Part shown: positions 23,961-24,000 of the stretch, piece by piece | How the letters are laid out: each line of letters opens with the position of its first letter | How positions within the stretch are numbered: the stretch's first letter is position 1 | Source of the DNA: Rhodospirillales bacterium | GTDB taxonomy: Bacteria; Pseudomonadota; Alphaproteobacteria; Rhodospirillales; Defluviicoccaceae | Length of the DNA stretch: 24,000 nucleotides | Direction: 5' to 3' | Assembly: GCA_016712595.1 (NCBI GenBank) | Contig: JADJQT010000001.1 | Location: 1,028,309-1,052,308, forward strand | Notes under the pieces: generated by a model | What the model was told of the DNA's origin: nothing | Databases searched by the model: none | What the model saw: the letters and a program-made list of their open reading frames with translations, nothing else | Made by a program: the position numbers and the translations under genes

Positions 23961-24000
23961 TCCGCGAGCGGCGGCGGCGCCTCACGGTGCGGATCAGGGA

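Overview
This is a GC-rich chromosomal window with alphaproteobacterial (Rhizobiales/Hyphomicrobiales-like) gene content and synteny, and most of it is ordinary core genome.

Layout, left to right:
1. A sensor histidine kinase that runs off the window start, co-oriented with an orphan periplasmic solute-binding protein (minus strand).
2. A 422-bp divergent intergenic region that is unusually rich in signals. It holds an orphan rho-independent terminator preceded by hairpins and a CCUCCC motif (candidate sRNA), a TTGCAGCA direct repeat, and three tandem 11-bp TGGCAC-containing repeats.
3. A co-directional sugar-uptake block: OprB-type porin, MFS sugar porter, fruB (EIIA-HPr-EI fusion, reading frame broken by one extra C), fruK and fruA.
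4. A DUF2889 gene.
5. A translationally coupled aroK-aroB-CorC/TlyC operon (minus strand).
6. A small membrane protein, xerD and accA.
7. A 768-aa RTX (calcium-binding repeat) protein behind a 477-bp lower-GC leader.
8. A flagellin-flbT-flaF module (minus strand) with two identical-architecture CtrA-type boxes (TTAACC-N5-TTAACC).

I saw no rRNA, tRNA, CRISPR array, transposase, prophage or recognisable defence genes. I could not identify a convincing novel multi-gene system.

The best leads:
- The regulatory architecture between the kinase/SBP pair and the sugar operon.
- The fruB frameshift.
- The CtrA boxes.
- The orphan RTX protein.

Many long ORFs in the six-frame track are antisense shadows typical of high-GC DNA. 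Motif scans were done by eye and are not exhaustive.
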